Assembly: GCA_964508705.1 (NCBI GenBank)
Contig: CAZDUS010000004.1
Location: 2,762-66,761 of the forward strand
Reading direction: 5' to 3'
DNA from: an uncultured Verrucomicrobiota bacterium
GTDB taxonomy: Bacteria > Verrucomicrobiota > Kiritimatiellia > CAIKKV01 > CAITUY01
Length of the DNA: 64,000 bases
Shown: positions 7,229 to 15,656 of the stretch, one piece after another
How positions within the stretch are numbered: the stretch's first letter is position 1
Layout: each line of letters opens with the position of its first letter
The notes under the pieces: model-generated
Seen by the model: only the letters and a program-made list of their open reading frames with translations
The model's database searches: none
What the model was told of the DNA's origin: nothing
Translations under genes and position numbers: made by a program

Positions 7229-9364
7229 TTATTCTAAATTCTGACTCCTGCCTTCTGACTTCTGAATCTCCCCCACTCTTTCCACCTCATCCGCACTGAC
7301 ATGCCCCACCACGCGCCCATTATCCAACTCGTCCCTCTGCAACTTGTCGAGCCTGCCAAACAATCGCCACATTCCCCGCACTCCACCCCACGAGAACCAG
7401 ATAGTGCTGATCAAACCCACCAGCAAACTCTGCACCACGGTCACATATTTCCAATACAACCAGAAGTTCTCCTTAGGCCACCGTGAAATCATGTTGGATA
7501 TCGCCACAAACAGGAACAATCCGAACTGTAGCATCGTGTAGAGAAACACAGACCATGCCAGAATGCGGTCACCCCTCGTGTACTCCGGCGTAATCCCCAG
7601 AAACGCCCGCCAACTGCGCGGCGGCTTCGGCGGTGGTTTCGCACCCGGCGGCAAGTCGCGCGTGTAAACGCCCCTATGCAACAAACGATCAAGATTGAAC
7701 GGCTCCCGACAGGTCAACAACGACACCACAACATACAACGTCAACGACACCAGCATCGTCAGGAAGTATATTTCCTGTCCGCTGATTGGACACTTTTCCG
7801 GCCCCACCACCCAATGCATGAAAGGCAACTTGCCGCTGAACCCCTCCATGCCCGACTTTAATCCAGCCAAAAATCCCGGGGCATGCTGCGCCAGCCACGG
7901 GTAGACACCCGTTGCCCAGTATTTGTTCAACAGGAAGCCAACCACACCAAACCCTGCGCCAAAACCCATTGCGCTCCACGCCCCAGCCGTCGTCCCACGC
8001 TTCCAATACAACCCGCCAATGATACAAGCCCCCGCCCCGCCTAGATAGATCGTCGCCGTCAATGCCATGAACATCAGTAGATAGGTCGTCTGACTGAAGA
8101 AGTAACTAAACACCCACGCAAACGCCGCCACCCCTAAAATTGACCACCTTAGCCAGCGGATCTGCTGTTCCGGCGTGAATGGCTTCTTTCGAAACGGCAG
8201 AACCACATCCTGCACAAAGATACTGCCCCAGGAATGCATATAGGTCGTATCCGTGCCCACCATGTGAAATATCATCAGCGCTAGAAAAACACCGATCACC
8301 CCAACCGGCAAGAGATGACGCACCGCAATTGGTACCAACATCTGGGTCTGTACCGCCGCCGTGGTGGCGGAACTATCAAATTGAATCCGCTGAACGACTT
8401 CCTGCTGGATGGCCTGCGCCTGCGGTGCAAAGGCAGGATGATTCATGCAGGTATATCCCGCCAACGCCAACAGCATGATCATCAAGGTCATGAAACCGCC
8501 GCGCCACGTCCCCAACACCGCGCCCATCTTCTGCTCATGTGGCGACGCCGCCGAACAGTTATACGCCTGGGTCCCCTGCCACGCCATCCTGCTGTACACG
8601 GAACTGAATATGCCGATCAACACGAACAGGATGTTGAAATCCGTCAGCTTCGCCGTGTCGAATGGATCAATAAAGGAAAGGCCGGGGCCCCTCGACAACA
8701 TCGCCTCCTTGAACTGCGTCATGCTGAAAACACCGAATATGGCAGCAATGATGGCCGCAAAGGCAAAGTAACTGTAAACCCCCTGCGCGCAGTCGGTCAC
8801 CATCGTCGTCACCTGCCCACCACGCAACACAATCAATAGGGCCACCCCCAGAAAGAAAGCCATTAACAATCCGTAAGTGGATACCCCTACCCCAAGGATG
8901 ACGACCGTGTCCGGGAATTGGCAATAATAGAGCAGGAATCGCCCGCCAACCGCCGGAAAGATCGCATAGTTAAGGATCCCGGATGCATACGTCAAAACAC
9001 CGGCAAAAATCCGGAACCGCCGGGAATACCGCATCTCAAAAAACTGGGCCAGCGTCATCGCCCGCGTTTCCCGGAATCGATACACCACAAACCCGGTGAG
9101 CGTCATGAGCAGGACAATCGGCGCCGACAATTGCCACCAGAATCCAACGGCGTACCCCGACTTGTAATACATCTCCACCAGCGCCACGATGGTAACTAAA
9201 CCCAACGCCGCCTCGCCTGACGCCACAGCCACCAGATACCGGTCTGCCACCCGCCCAGCCGCCAGGAAATCCGCCACACCCCGCATATAGCGCTGGGTCC
9301 GCCATCCAAGCCAGGCGACAGCCGCCAGGGGAACCAAGACCATCAACCAATCAATCAAATGCAT
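7229..9364 (-). CDS. Sodium:solute symporter (SSF) family transporter, long form
   Basis: Many TM segments with an SSF-like N-terminal half. ATG at 9364 (MHLIDWLMVLVPL...) is preferred because the track extension to 9421 runs through REP copy 4. Confidence 0.75.
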   Translation of the reverse strand: MHLIDWLMVLVPLAAVAWLGWRTQRYMRGVADFLAAGRVADRYLVAVASGEAALGLVTIVALVEMYYKSGYAVGFWWQLSAPIVLLMTLTGFVVYRFRETRAMTLAQFFEMRYSRRFRIFAGVLTYASGILNYAIFPAVGGRFLLYYCQFPDTVVILGVGVSTYGLLMAFFLGVALLIVLRGGQVTTMVTDCAQGVYSYFAFAAIIAAIFGVFSMTQFKEAMLSRGPGLSFIDPFDTAKLTDFNILFVLIGIFSSVYSRMAWQGTQAYNCSAASPHEQKMGAVLGTWRGGFMTLMIMLLALAGYTCMNHPAFAPQAQAIQQEVVQRIQFDSSATTAAVQTQMLVPIAVRHLLPVGVIGVFLALMIFHMVGTDTTYMHSWGSIFVQDVVLPFRKKPFTPEQQIRWLRWSILGVAAFAWVFSYFFSQTTYLLMFMALTATIYLGGAGACIIGGLYWKRGTTAGAWSAMGFGAGFGVVGFLLNKYWATGVYPWLAQHAPGFLAGLKSGMEGFSGKLPFMHWVVGPEKCPISGQEIYFLTMLVSLTLYVVVSLLTCREPFNLDRLLHRGVYTRDLPPGAKPPPKPPRSWRAFLGITPEYTRGDRILAWSVFLYTMLQFGLFLFVAISNMISRWPKENFWLYWKYVTVVQSLLVGLISTIWFSWGGVRGMWRLFGRLDKLQRDELDNGRVVGHVSADEVERVGEIQKSEGRSQNLE
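7231..7268 (+). repeat. Heptamer repeat block
   Basis: ATTCTAA ATTCTGAC TCCTGCC TTCTGAC TTCTGAA TC. Encodes the last residues (EIQKSEGRSQNLE) of the symporter on the minus strand. Confidence 0.75.
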
Positions 9365-9383
9365 TCGCCATCTCCCGTTCATC

Positions 9384-9410
9384 GTAGGGGCGTTGCTTGT
9401 CGACGCCCGC
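9384..9410. repeat. REP-like palindromic element, copy 4
   Basis: GTAGGGGCGTTGCTTGTCGACGCCCGC. The stem is retained with one G-T pair. Lies upstream of the symporter start. Confidence 0.75.
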
Positions 9411-9420
9411 AGGCACCGCA

Positions 9421-9485
9421 ATTCCGGCTCCTGAATTCGACATCCCCATATTCTCCCCGCCCCTTATTCTGGATTCTGAATTCTC
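9421..9485 (+). repeat. Two heptamer repeat blocks (9421-9438 and 9466-9485)
   Basis: The second block contains the same 18-mer ATTCTGGATTCTGAATTC (9466-9483) seen at 3770-3787. Confidence 0.75.
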
Positions 9486-9493
9486 TCTTCCCC

Positions 9494-11458
9494 TCACCCC
9501 TCGCCCAACTCCGCATCCATCTTCTCCAATTCGCTAGAAGCCCGCTCCCACCTCTCAAAAGTATCCGCCAAATCCACCTGAATCTCGCTGAGCCGCCGGT
9601 TAATAGCCGCATAATCGGTGCCAGTGCCGGACTTCATCAAACTTTCCGTCAACGTATCGCGCTCGCGCTCCAACTCGGCAATTCGCTTTTCAGAATCCTT
9701 GACCCGCTTCTCGACCGGCTTGCGCACCTTGCTTATCTCCTGTCGCCGCTCAGCCCTCTCTCGCCGCAATGCCTTCTTATCTACCCCGCCTTCCTTATCC
9801 CCTCCGCTGCTTTCCTCCTGACTTCTGAATTCTGAATTCTGAATTCTGGTTTCCCCATCCATCTTCTCACGATAATAATCGTATCCACCCGGGAAACGTC
9901 GCACAACCGGCGGCGCCATCGCCAGAATCCCTGTGGCCACATGCCGCGTGAACTCGATATCATGGCTCACCAGACAAATCGTCCCTTGGTAATCCTGCAA
10001 GGCATTTTCCAGCGCCTCACGCGAAGGAATATCCAAATGCGTCGTGGGCTCATCCAACAACAGGAAGTTGGGCGGATTAAGCAACAGGCGCACAAAGGCC
10101 AGCCTCATCTTTTCTCCACCACTCAAGACCCCCACCTTCTTCTCAACGGCATCGCCGGAGAAAAAGAAACCACCCAGCGCCCCGCGAATCTCCCGCTCGG
10201 AAAGTTGCGGGTTACCCGATTTGGCCGTCTCCAACACCGTCCGGCCCGGATCCATCAACTCGGCAAAATCCTGCGCCTGATAACCCATAACGACATGATT
10301 CCCGACATACCGCTTCCCCTCGTTGAGCGGAAGTCGCCCTGCTATGGCCCTGAGCAGTGTCGTCTTGCCGGTTCCATTCAACCCGACCAACCCCAGCTTC
10401 TCCCCGCGCTCAATCCGCAAGTCGAGTCCGCGTAACACCCACGCATCTCCGTCATACGTAATCCCCGCCTCCTCAAGGCGCACAATCTCCACCCCGCAAT
10501 GCGGAGGATGCGGAACCTTGATCCGTGGCGCGCGCATTACAATCCGCGGAATCTCAACTTCCTCCATCTTTTCAAGCATCTTGAGCCGGCTCTGAACTTG
10601 CGAGGACTTGGTATTCTTGGCCCGAAACCGCTCAACAAACCGCTCGATCTGTTCCTTGCGCCGTTCCTGGTTGCCACGCGCCGCTTCCAATTGTTCATGC
10701 CGACTGCGACATACTTCCTCGTACTTGCTGAAGTTGCCTGCATACCGCGTCACCATTCCGCCAGCCACCTCAATCGTCACCGTCGAAAGCGTATTCAGAA
10801 GATACCGGTCATGCGAAACCAGAACCAGTGTCCCTTTGTACTCCCGGAGATAACGTTGCAACCACTCGACGGCGGGAATATCCAGAAAGTTCGTCGGTTC
10901 ATCCAACAACAGCAAATCAGGCTCCGCCACCAACGCGCGCGCCAACTCAGCTCGCATCTGCCATCCACCGCTGAATGAATTGAAGGGTGCATGAAAATCA
11001 GACGCCTTGAACCCCAGTCCGCCCAGCGCCGCCTTCGTCCGACTGCTGATCGCATACCCGCCCATATGCTCATAATCGGTCTGCAACGCTCCCATACGCT
11101 TAATAATGCGCGCCCGCACATCCTCCCCCGCAGTATCAAGCTCCGCCTCCAGCGACTCGATTTCCCGTTGAATCGTAATCAAGGACGGCAAGGCGTTCTC
11201 GGAATACTCCAACAGGTTGACATCATCACTGCTGGGCTTGAGTTGCTGGTGCAAATGACTGATCCGCAGGTCGCGCGGCACCGACATCGTTCCCCGGTCC
11301 GGCGTCATTTCACCGGTTATCAAAGCGAAGATCGTGCTCTTCCCTGCCCCATTGGGACCCACAATCCCCACCCGCTCTCCGCGATTGATCCGGAAGGAGG
11401 CATCGTTCAACACCTGCTGTGTTCCGAATCCAACGGATATATTTTGAAAATCAATCAT
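9494..11458 (-). CDS. ABC-F family ATPase (Uup/YheS-like, two ABC domains plus a C-terminal coiled coil)
   Basis: Two Walker A sites (GPNGAGKST, GLNGTGKTT) and two signature motifs (FSGGWQMR, LSGGEKMR). No TM domain. Lys/Glu-rich helical tail. Confidence 0.85.
   Translation of the reverse strand: MIDFQNISVGFGTQQVLNDASFRINRGERVGIVGPNGAGKSTIFALITGEMTPDRGTMSVPRDLRISHLHQQLKPSSDDVNLLEYSENALPSLITIQREIESLEAELDTAGEDVRARIIKRMGALQTDYEHMGGYAISSRTKAALGGLGFKASDFHAPFNSFSGGWQMRAELARALVAEPDLLLLDEPTNFLDIPAVEWLQRYLREYKGTLVLVSHDRYLLNTLSTVTIEVAGGMVTRYAGNFSKYEEVCRSRHEQLEAARGNQERRKEQIERFVERFRAKNTKSSQVQSRLKMLEKMEEVEIPRIVMRAPRIKVPHPPHCGVEIVRLEEAGITYDGDAWVLRGLDLRIERGEKLGLVGLNGTGKTTLLRAIAGRLPLNEGKRYVGNHVVMGYQAQDFAELMDPGRTVLETAKSGNPQLSEREIRGALGGFFFSGDAVEKKVGVLSGGEKMRLAFVRLLLNPPNFLLLDEPTTHLDIPSREALENALQDYQGTICLVSHDIEFTRHVATGILAMAPPVVRRFPGGYDYYREKMDGETRIQNSEFRSQEESSGGDKEGGVDKKALRRERAERRQEISKVRKPVEKRVKDSEKRIAELERERDTLTESLMKSGTGTDYAAINRRLSEIQVDLADTFERWERASSELEKMDAELGEG
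9815..9848 (+). repeat. Heptamer repeat block inside the ABC-F coding sequence
   Basis: TCCTGAC TTCTGAA TTCTGAA TTCTGAA TTCTGG. Read on the minus strand in frame as RIQNSEFRSQEE, between ABC domain 2 and the C-terminal coiled coil. Confidence 0.8.
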
Positions 11459-12432
11459 CCGTTTCCAACCATGTACGGCTTGCCATCACGCCATTCCAAA
11501 CGAACAACCTTTTTCGCAACAAGTGACTCCAGTGCCCGGGTCACCTGCGCCTTATCCAGCCCGATCGCCAGCGTGAGTTCCTCCGCCGTGCACGGATGCC
11601 GCCGGATCAATTGTAATACCCGATCCTCCACCAAGGCTTTAGTAGCCGCTACTTGTCCCGCCACCGGCGGGGTCCCCATCGGCGCATTTGGTGTTGGCTT
11701 ATCCACCTGACTCGCGATCACCTCAGCTTCCGGCTTGAATCGGCGAGCCAACTCGAGCAACCGCTCCTGTGTCACCGGCTTGATGCTCATGTCATGGGGC
11801 GGACGCACTGCCGTATTCAAATGGATTCGATCCGGCTTGATCTCGCCAGCCAATCTCACAAGTCGCGCCAAATCCTCATCGCCATCATTTACTCCCGCCA
11901 CCAGAAAGACTTCCAACCAGTATTCACCTGAAAATTCCGCCCTCATGGCCTTCAACCCGGAAAAGAATTCCTCAAATTGAAGACCGTCGCAGGGATGATG
12001 AACCGCTTCAAAGGAAGACTGATCCCATGCCCCAAGCGTGGCTTTAACCACATCGGCATGTTTGGCCGCATCCCTAACAGACTTGAGGTGAAACAAGGAT
12101 CCATTACTCAGCAGGACGCGTCGGATCGCGCACCGGGCGCCGATATGCTGGAGTATGTCTCCGAAGCGGGAATGCAGTGTCGGCTCACCCGCACCCGCCA
12201 GCGTTAGACAGTCCGCTTGGCCGTCATGCGCAAGCCAGTGATCAAACTCGGCCAGGACATCCGCCGTCGGCACATACTCCCCGCGTTCAAGGGTTTTAGT
12301 GACAGTGGCCCCAACCTGACAATAAGGGCAGTCGAACGTGCAGACCTTGAACGGCACAAGGTCTATACCAAGAGAACGGCCCAGTCGCCGTGAGCGGACT
12401 GGGCCGAAAAGAAATCGATACTGGCCATCCAT
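11455..12432 (-). CDS. Radical SAM protein (COG0731-like) with a C-terminal winged-helix-like domain
   Basis: FGPVRSRRLGRSLGIDL followed by CTFDCPYC (CX3CX2C). C-terminal RHPCTAEELTLAIGLDKAQVTRALESLVAKKVV. The ATG at 12432 overlaps the ferredoxin stop (TGATG). The stop overlaps the ABC-F start. Confidence 0.75.
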   Translation of the reverse strand: MDGQYRFLFGPVRSRRLGRSLGIDLVPFKVCTFDCPYCQVGATVTKTLERGEYVPTADVLAEFDHWLAHDGQADCLTLAGAGEPTLHSRFGDILQHIGARCAIRRVLLSNGSLFHLKSVRDAAKHADVVKATLGAWDQSSFEAVHHPCDGLQFEEFFSGLKAMRAEFSGEYWLEVFLVAGVNDGDEDLARLVRLAGEIKPDRIHLNTAVRPPHDMSIKPVTQERLLELARRFKPEAEVIASQVDKPTPNAPMGTPPVAGQVAATKALVEDRVLQLIRRHPCTAEELTLAIGLDKAQVTRALESLVAKKVVRLEWRDGKPYMVGNG

Positions 12433-12602
12433 CACTGCGGCGAAATGGCATCCATGGGGCATTCGCCAACGCACAGCCCGCAATCCACGCACTTGTCGGC
12501 GTCGATTACAAACATCTTGTCACCCTCGGAAATCGCTTCCTGCGGGCAAACCGGAGCGCAACTGCCACACTTCGTACACTTATCGGATATTACATAGGCC
12601 AT
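12432..12602 (-). CDS. 2x[4Fe-4S] ferredoxin, 56 aa (not in the supplied ORF track because it is under 60 aa)
   Basis: Hand translation gives MAYVISDKCTKCGSCAPVCPQEAISEGDKMFVIDADKCVDCGLCVGECPMDAISPQ. It has two CxxCxxCxxxCP motifs. GGAG lies about 9 nt upstream of the ATG at 12602. Confidence 0.85.
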   Translation of the reverse strand: MAYVISDKCTKCGSCAPVCPQEAISEGDKMFVIDADKCVDCGLCVGECPMDAISPQ

Positions 12603-12644
12603 CTTCTCATCTCCTTTGTTAGGTTATTGCTCTATCACAAAAAA

Positions 12645-12719
12645 TGGCACCCCCTAGGGGAATCGAACCCCTCTTACCAGGTTGAGAACCTAGCGTCCTA
12701 ACCGATAGACGAAGGGGGC
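12645..12719 (-). tRNA. tRNA-Glu (anticodon CUC), CCA encoded
   Basis: Minus strand reads GCCCCCTTCGTCTATCGGTTAGGACGCTAGGTTCTCAACCTGGTAAGAGGGGTTCGATTCCCCTAGGGGGTGCCA. It folds as a cloverleaf with a TTCGATT T-loop and closely resembles E. coli tRNA-Glu. Confidence 0.9.
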
Positions 12720-12767
12720 AAGGACGTTTCAAAAGGCAGGAAATGTATCGCCATCCCCCCAATTCCG

Positions 12768-14183
12768 TCAACCGGTTTTTTCCCGCTGTTCTCCCTTTGC
12801 CGACCCCGGCGCAACATAGCCTTTAACCCCGCCATGCGCCTTCCAGATCGAATTTACACGCAACAAAAAGAAAAAGCCCGCCACCTGACATATCGCTCCA
12901 ATCAGGTACGTCCAGCGGAAGTCCATTTTGCTTAAACCATGGTTCGTCAACTGGTCAAGAATCAACCCTATTATCGGTGCCGCCAGCATCATCGCCACCG
13001 ATCGCATCGCCCCATTGCACGAGCAAAACTGCCCGAACTTGTCACGAGGGAACAACATGATCAACATAGGGTACACCGCCACCGCCATCAGTGACCCGCA
13101 GATCATCCGACCACCCTCCAAAACAACAAACGTCTTCAGGTCCTTCATTAGGAAATACGAGATTGCCTGAAACAGAATAATCGGTATCAAAATAACCATA
13201 GTCACGCGCATCGCATTGAACCTGTCCACCAGCCACCCCGCCGGATACGCCAACACCACCGTGATAATCGTCAAGTAACCGGTCCAATGCCCGATTTCTT
13301 CCAGTGTCAATTTCAAGCCATACTGGTGAAAAATCACCGCATTAGTCATCGCAATGGTCGCGCCCATGTAGGAAAAAATGGAGAACAGAAAGACATTGAT
13401 GTAGATCTTGTGGCTGAAGCATTCCGTAATGTAGATCTTAACCTGCGCAAGCACCCCGGCATTCTCACTGACATCATCAGGCGGCGGATACGTTCCCTCC
13501 TTGACTCGATTGCACATGACAAGGAACCCTACCAGATACAACATCCCGAACCCGAAAAAGATCTGATGGAAATGCGTCTCAGCACGGGGAAAGACAAAAA
13601 ACATGAACAACACGTTGGCCCCCTGACTAACCAGGCGAAACAAGGCGTTAAACCTTCCAATGAACGCCTCAGGCACAACATCGGCAAACAAATACCAAAA
13701 CACACTGTTAACGAATTCATCCATGCAGTGGAACAATCCCACACAAAGCCCAATCAGCAGAATCGCGTAATGAGCCGCCGTCAGCCCAAACGTTCCATCG
13801 AGAAACAACAGCCAGTCCTTGTAGAACGGTCCCAATCCAATACCGAACAGACTCATCACCAACAAGGGAATCGTCCAGACGATAAAGGGAATTCTCCGCC
13901 CTTTAGGCCCGCGATACCGATCACTCTTGAAACTCACCGCCGGTCCGAGAATCAATCCCGTAATCCCGGGTATCGTTCCAAACATGATCATCAGTGCAGT
14001 ACTGCTGGCATTGAGGCCAAAGTGTTCACCCTGCAGTAGTAAAGGCAACAACTTGGGCTTCAGCATTTCCATCATCTCAAAGCAGAAATCACCCCAGAGC
14101 AACCATGCGAATAGGGAAATCAACCCCATCTTGGTATACGTCAACCCATTAACCAAATATCGTTTGTCGCCGTTGGAATGCAT
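12768..14183 (-). CDS. MFS transporter (GPH/AmpG-like)
   Basis: About 12 predicted TM helices. The loop motif SDRYRGPKGRRIPFI is typical of GPH-type MFS proteins. Confidence 0.7.
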   Translation of the reverse strand: MHSNGDKRYLVNGLTYTKMGLISLFAWLLWGDFCFEMMEMLKPKLLPLLLQGEHFGLNASSTALMIMFGTIPGITGLILGPAVSFKSDRYRGPKGRRIPFIVWTIPLLVMSLFGIGLGPFYKDWLLFLDGTFGLTAAHYAILLIGLCVGLFHCMDEFVNSVFWYLFADVVPEAFIGRFNALFRLVSQGANVLFMFFVFPRAETHFHQIFFGFGMLYLVGFLVMCNRVKEGTYPPPDDVSENAGVLAQVKIYITECFSHKIYINVFLFSIFSYMGATIAMTNAVIFHQYGLKLTLEEIGHWTGYLTIITVVLAYPAGWLVDRFNAMRVTMVILIPIILFQAISYFLMKDLKTFVVLEGGRMICGSLMAVAVYPMLIMLFPRDKFGQFCSCNGAMRSVAMMLAAPIIGLILDQLTNHGLSKMDFRWTYLIGAICQVAGFFFLLRVNSIWKAHGGVKGYVAPGSAKGEQREKTG

Positions 14184-14270
14184 ATATCAACTCATCCAGC
14201 TTTACGTTATTGATAGCGCCGAGCCTGCCAGATCATCAACAGCCAGGCAACGATAATCCCTGCTCTTCAC

Positions 14271-15614
14271 ATGCTTGATGCCATGCACCATCAGTGTATA
14301 CTCCATCCAATATTAATTTCTGTAATCAGGGAACACATGAACGAATCGTCGAATGTCCACAGCAGCAACGCCGACAGCTTCCGCTGGACGCCTTGGCGCG
14401 CTACAGGTGGAGCAGGTTCCCCAGCCGGTGACCCCTGGTTGGCCCGCCTGCAACTTTACACCTTTCGCCTCCTTGCTGCCTTGGCCGTTATCGGGCTAAT
14501 CTTGATTTCATTTCGCAACATCGTTGTCAGCGACAAGGGAATCCCGATAGCCGATCCGGCCAATGCCATTCTTTTTGCTCTCTTGCTGGTCCTGTCCTTC
14601 AAAAACCCCGCCCGGATACGATTCCTTTACTGGGTCGGCTTGCTTTCCTTGTCCATTAACGCCATTGATGGAATGCAATTTGCAGGCGTGGTGCCTCAAT
14701 CATTAATCCTAGTGCCTCTACTGGTATTGTACGGATCGTTGATCGGCGATCTTCTGGTCAGTCTCGCGGCACTGAGCGGTGTTACCATCATCTGCGCGTA
14801 CACCTGGTTCCGGCTGGAGCCTTTGGCTGGCCGGGAAATGCTCATTTTTACCAACGTATGCCTGCTTTCACTTTTTTCAGGGGTAGCCGCCCTGAGCATC
14901 TGGCTTCGCCATCATCGCATGGCGAAGGAGCTCGCCCTCCAGGCCTCAGCCCTGCGCGCGGAGTTGGATATGCGATCCCGACTGCAAGCCATCATCACCC
15001 ATGACATTCGTAACCCTCTGATGGTGCTCCTCCACGCCGCCGCCATCAACGATCCAAACACCGTCCAGAAGAGCGCAAAACGTGTTGCGGCAATCGTCAC
15101 CGCCGCAAGCGACCTCGCCACCGGATCCGCTCTCAAATTCTCCGATGTAACAATCCGTGATATCGCCACACAGCTCAACGAAGTCTTTTCCTTACGAATG
15201 GCCGACAAGGAACAGCAGTTAGCCATAACAACCACCGATACCCTCACCCTCTGCACAGACGTGCCCATCCTCTGCAATTCCGTTCTGAGCAATATCCTCA
15301 GCAACGCCATCAAGTTCTCACCCAGAGGATCAACAATCACATTATCTGCCGAGGACACCGACACTTACATTCGGCTAATCATCACTGATCAGGGTGAAGG
15401 TTTTCCGTCAGGCATTCTAAGGAACGGCCCCGACTACCGATCCTACCAATCAAGGAGCGGAACGGAAGGCGAGCGGGGAAGCGGTTATGGTTTGCACATT
15501 GCCGCCCTATGCGCCGAGCGACTCGGCGGCTCACTTGAAATCACTAATTGTTCCCAAGGCGGCGCCGTTTCAGTCCTGCTTCCAAAGCACATGCCTCGAC
15601 CTGCTACTGCGTAA
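14271..15614 (+). CDS. Membrane sensor histidine kinase (orphan)
   Basis: Multi-TM N-terminal half. H-box ITHDIRNPL, N-box NILSNAIKFSP, G1 DQGEGF, G2 GSGYGL. No adjacent response regulator. The start could instead be 14337. Confidence 0.8.
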   Translation: MLDAMHHQCILHPILISVIREHMNESSNVHSSNADSFRWTPWRATGGAGSPAGDPWLARLQLYTFRLLAALAVIGLILISFRNIVVSDKGIPIADPANAILFALLLVLSFKNPARIRFLYWVGLLSLSINAIDGMQFAGVVPQSLILVPLLVLYGSLIGDLLVSLAALSGVTIICAYTWFRLEPLAGREMLIFTNVCLLSLFSGVAALSIWLRHHRMAKELALQASALRAELDMRSRLQAIITHDIRNPLMVLLHAAAINDPNTVQKSAKRVAAIVTAASDLATGSALKFSDVTIRDIATQLNEVFSLRMADKEQQLAITTTDTLTLCTDVPILCNSVLSNILSNAIKFSPRGSTITLSAEDTDTYIRLIITDQGEGFPSGILRNGPDYRSYQSRSGTEGERGSGYGLHIAALCAERLGGSLEITNCSQGGAVSVLLPKHMPRPATA

Positions 15615-15656
15615 CATCACACAAACGGTCGCCTTTGATTTCGCAACATTTCCGCA

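Noticed and set aside
9365-9421. N-terminal extension of the symporter ORF (MRCLRASTSNAPTMNGRWR).
   Set aside because: The extension is read through REP copy 4 and is not hydrophobic. The ATG at 9364 begins directly with the first TM helix.
3770-9848. Heptamer blocks and REP copies as a possible CRISPR array.
   Set aside because: The units are 7 nt and contiguous with no spacers. The REP copies are kilobases apart, and there are no cas genes.
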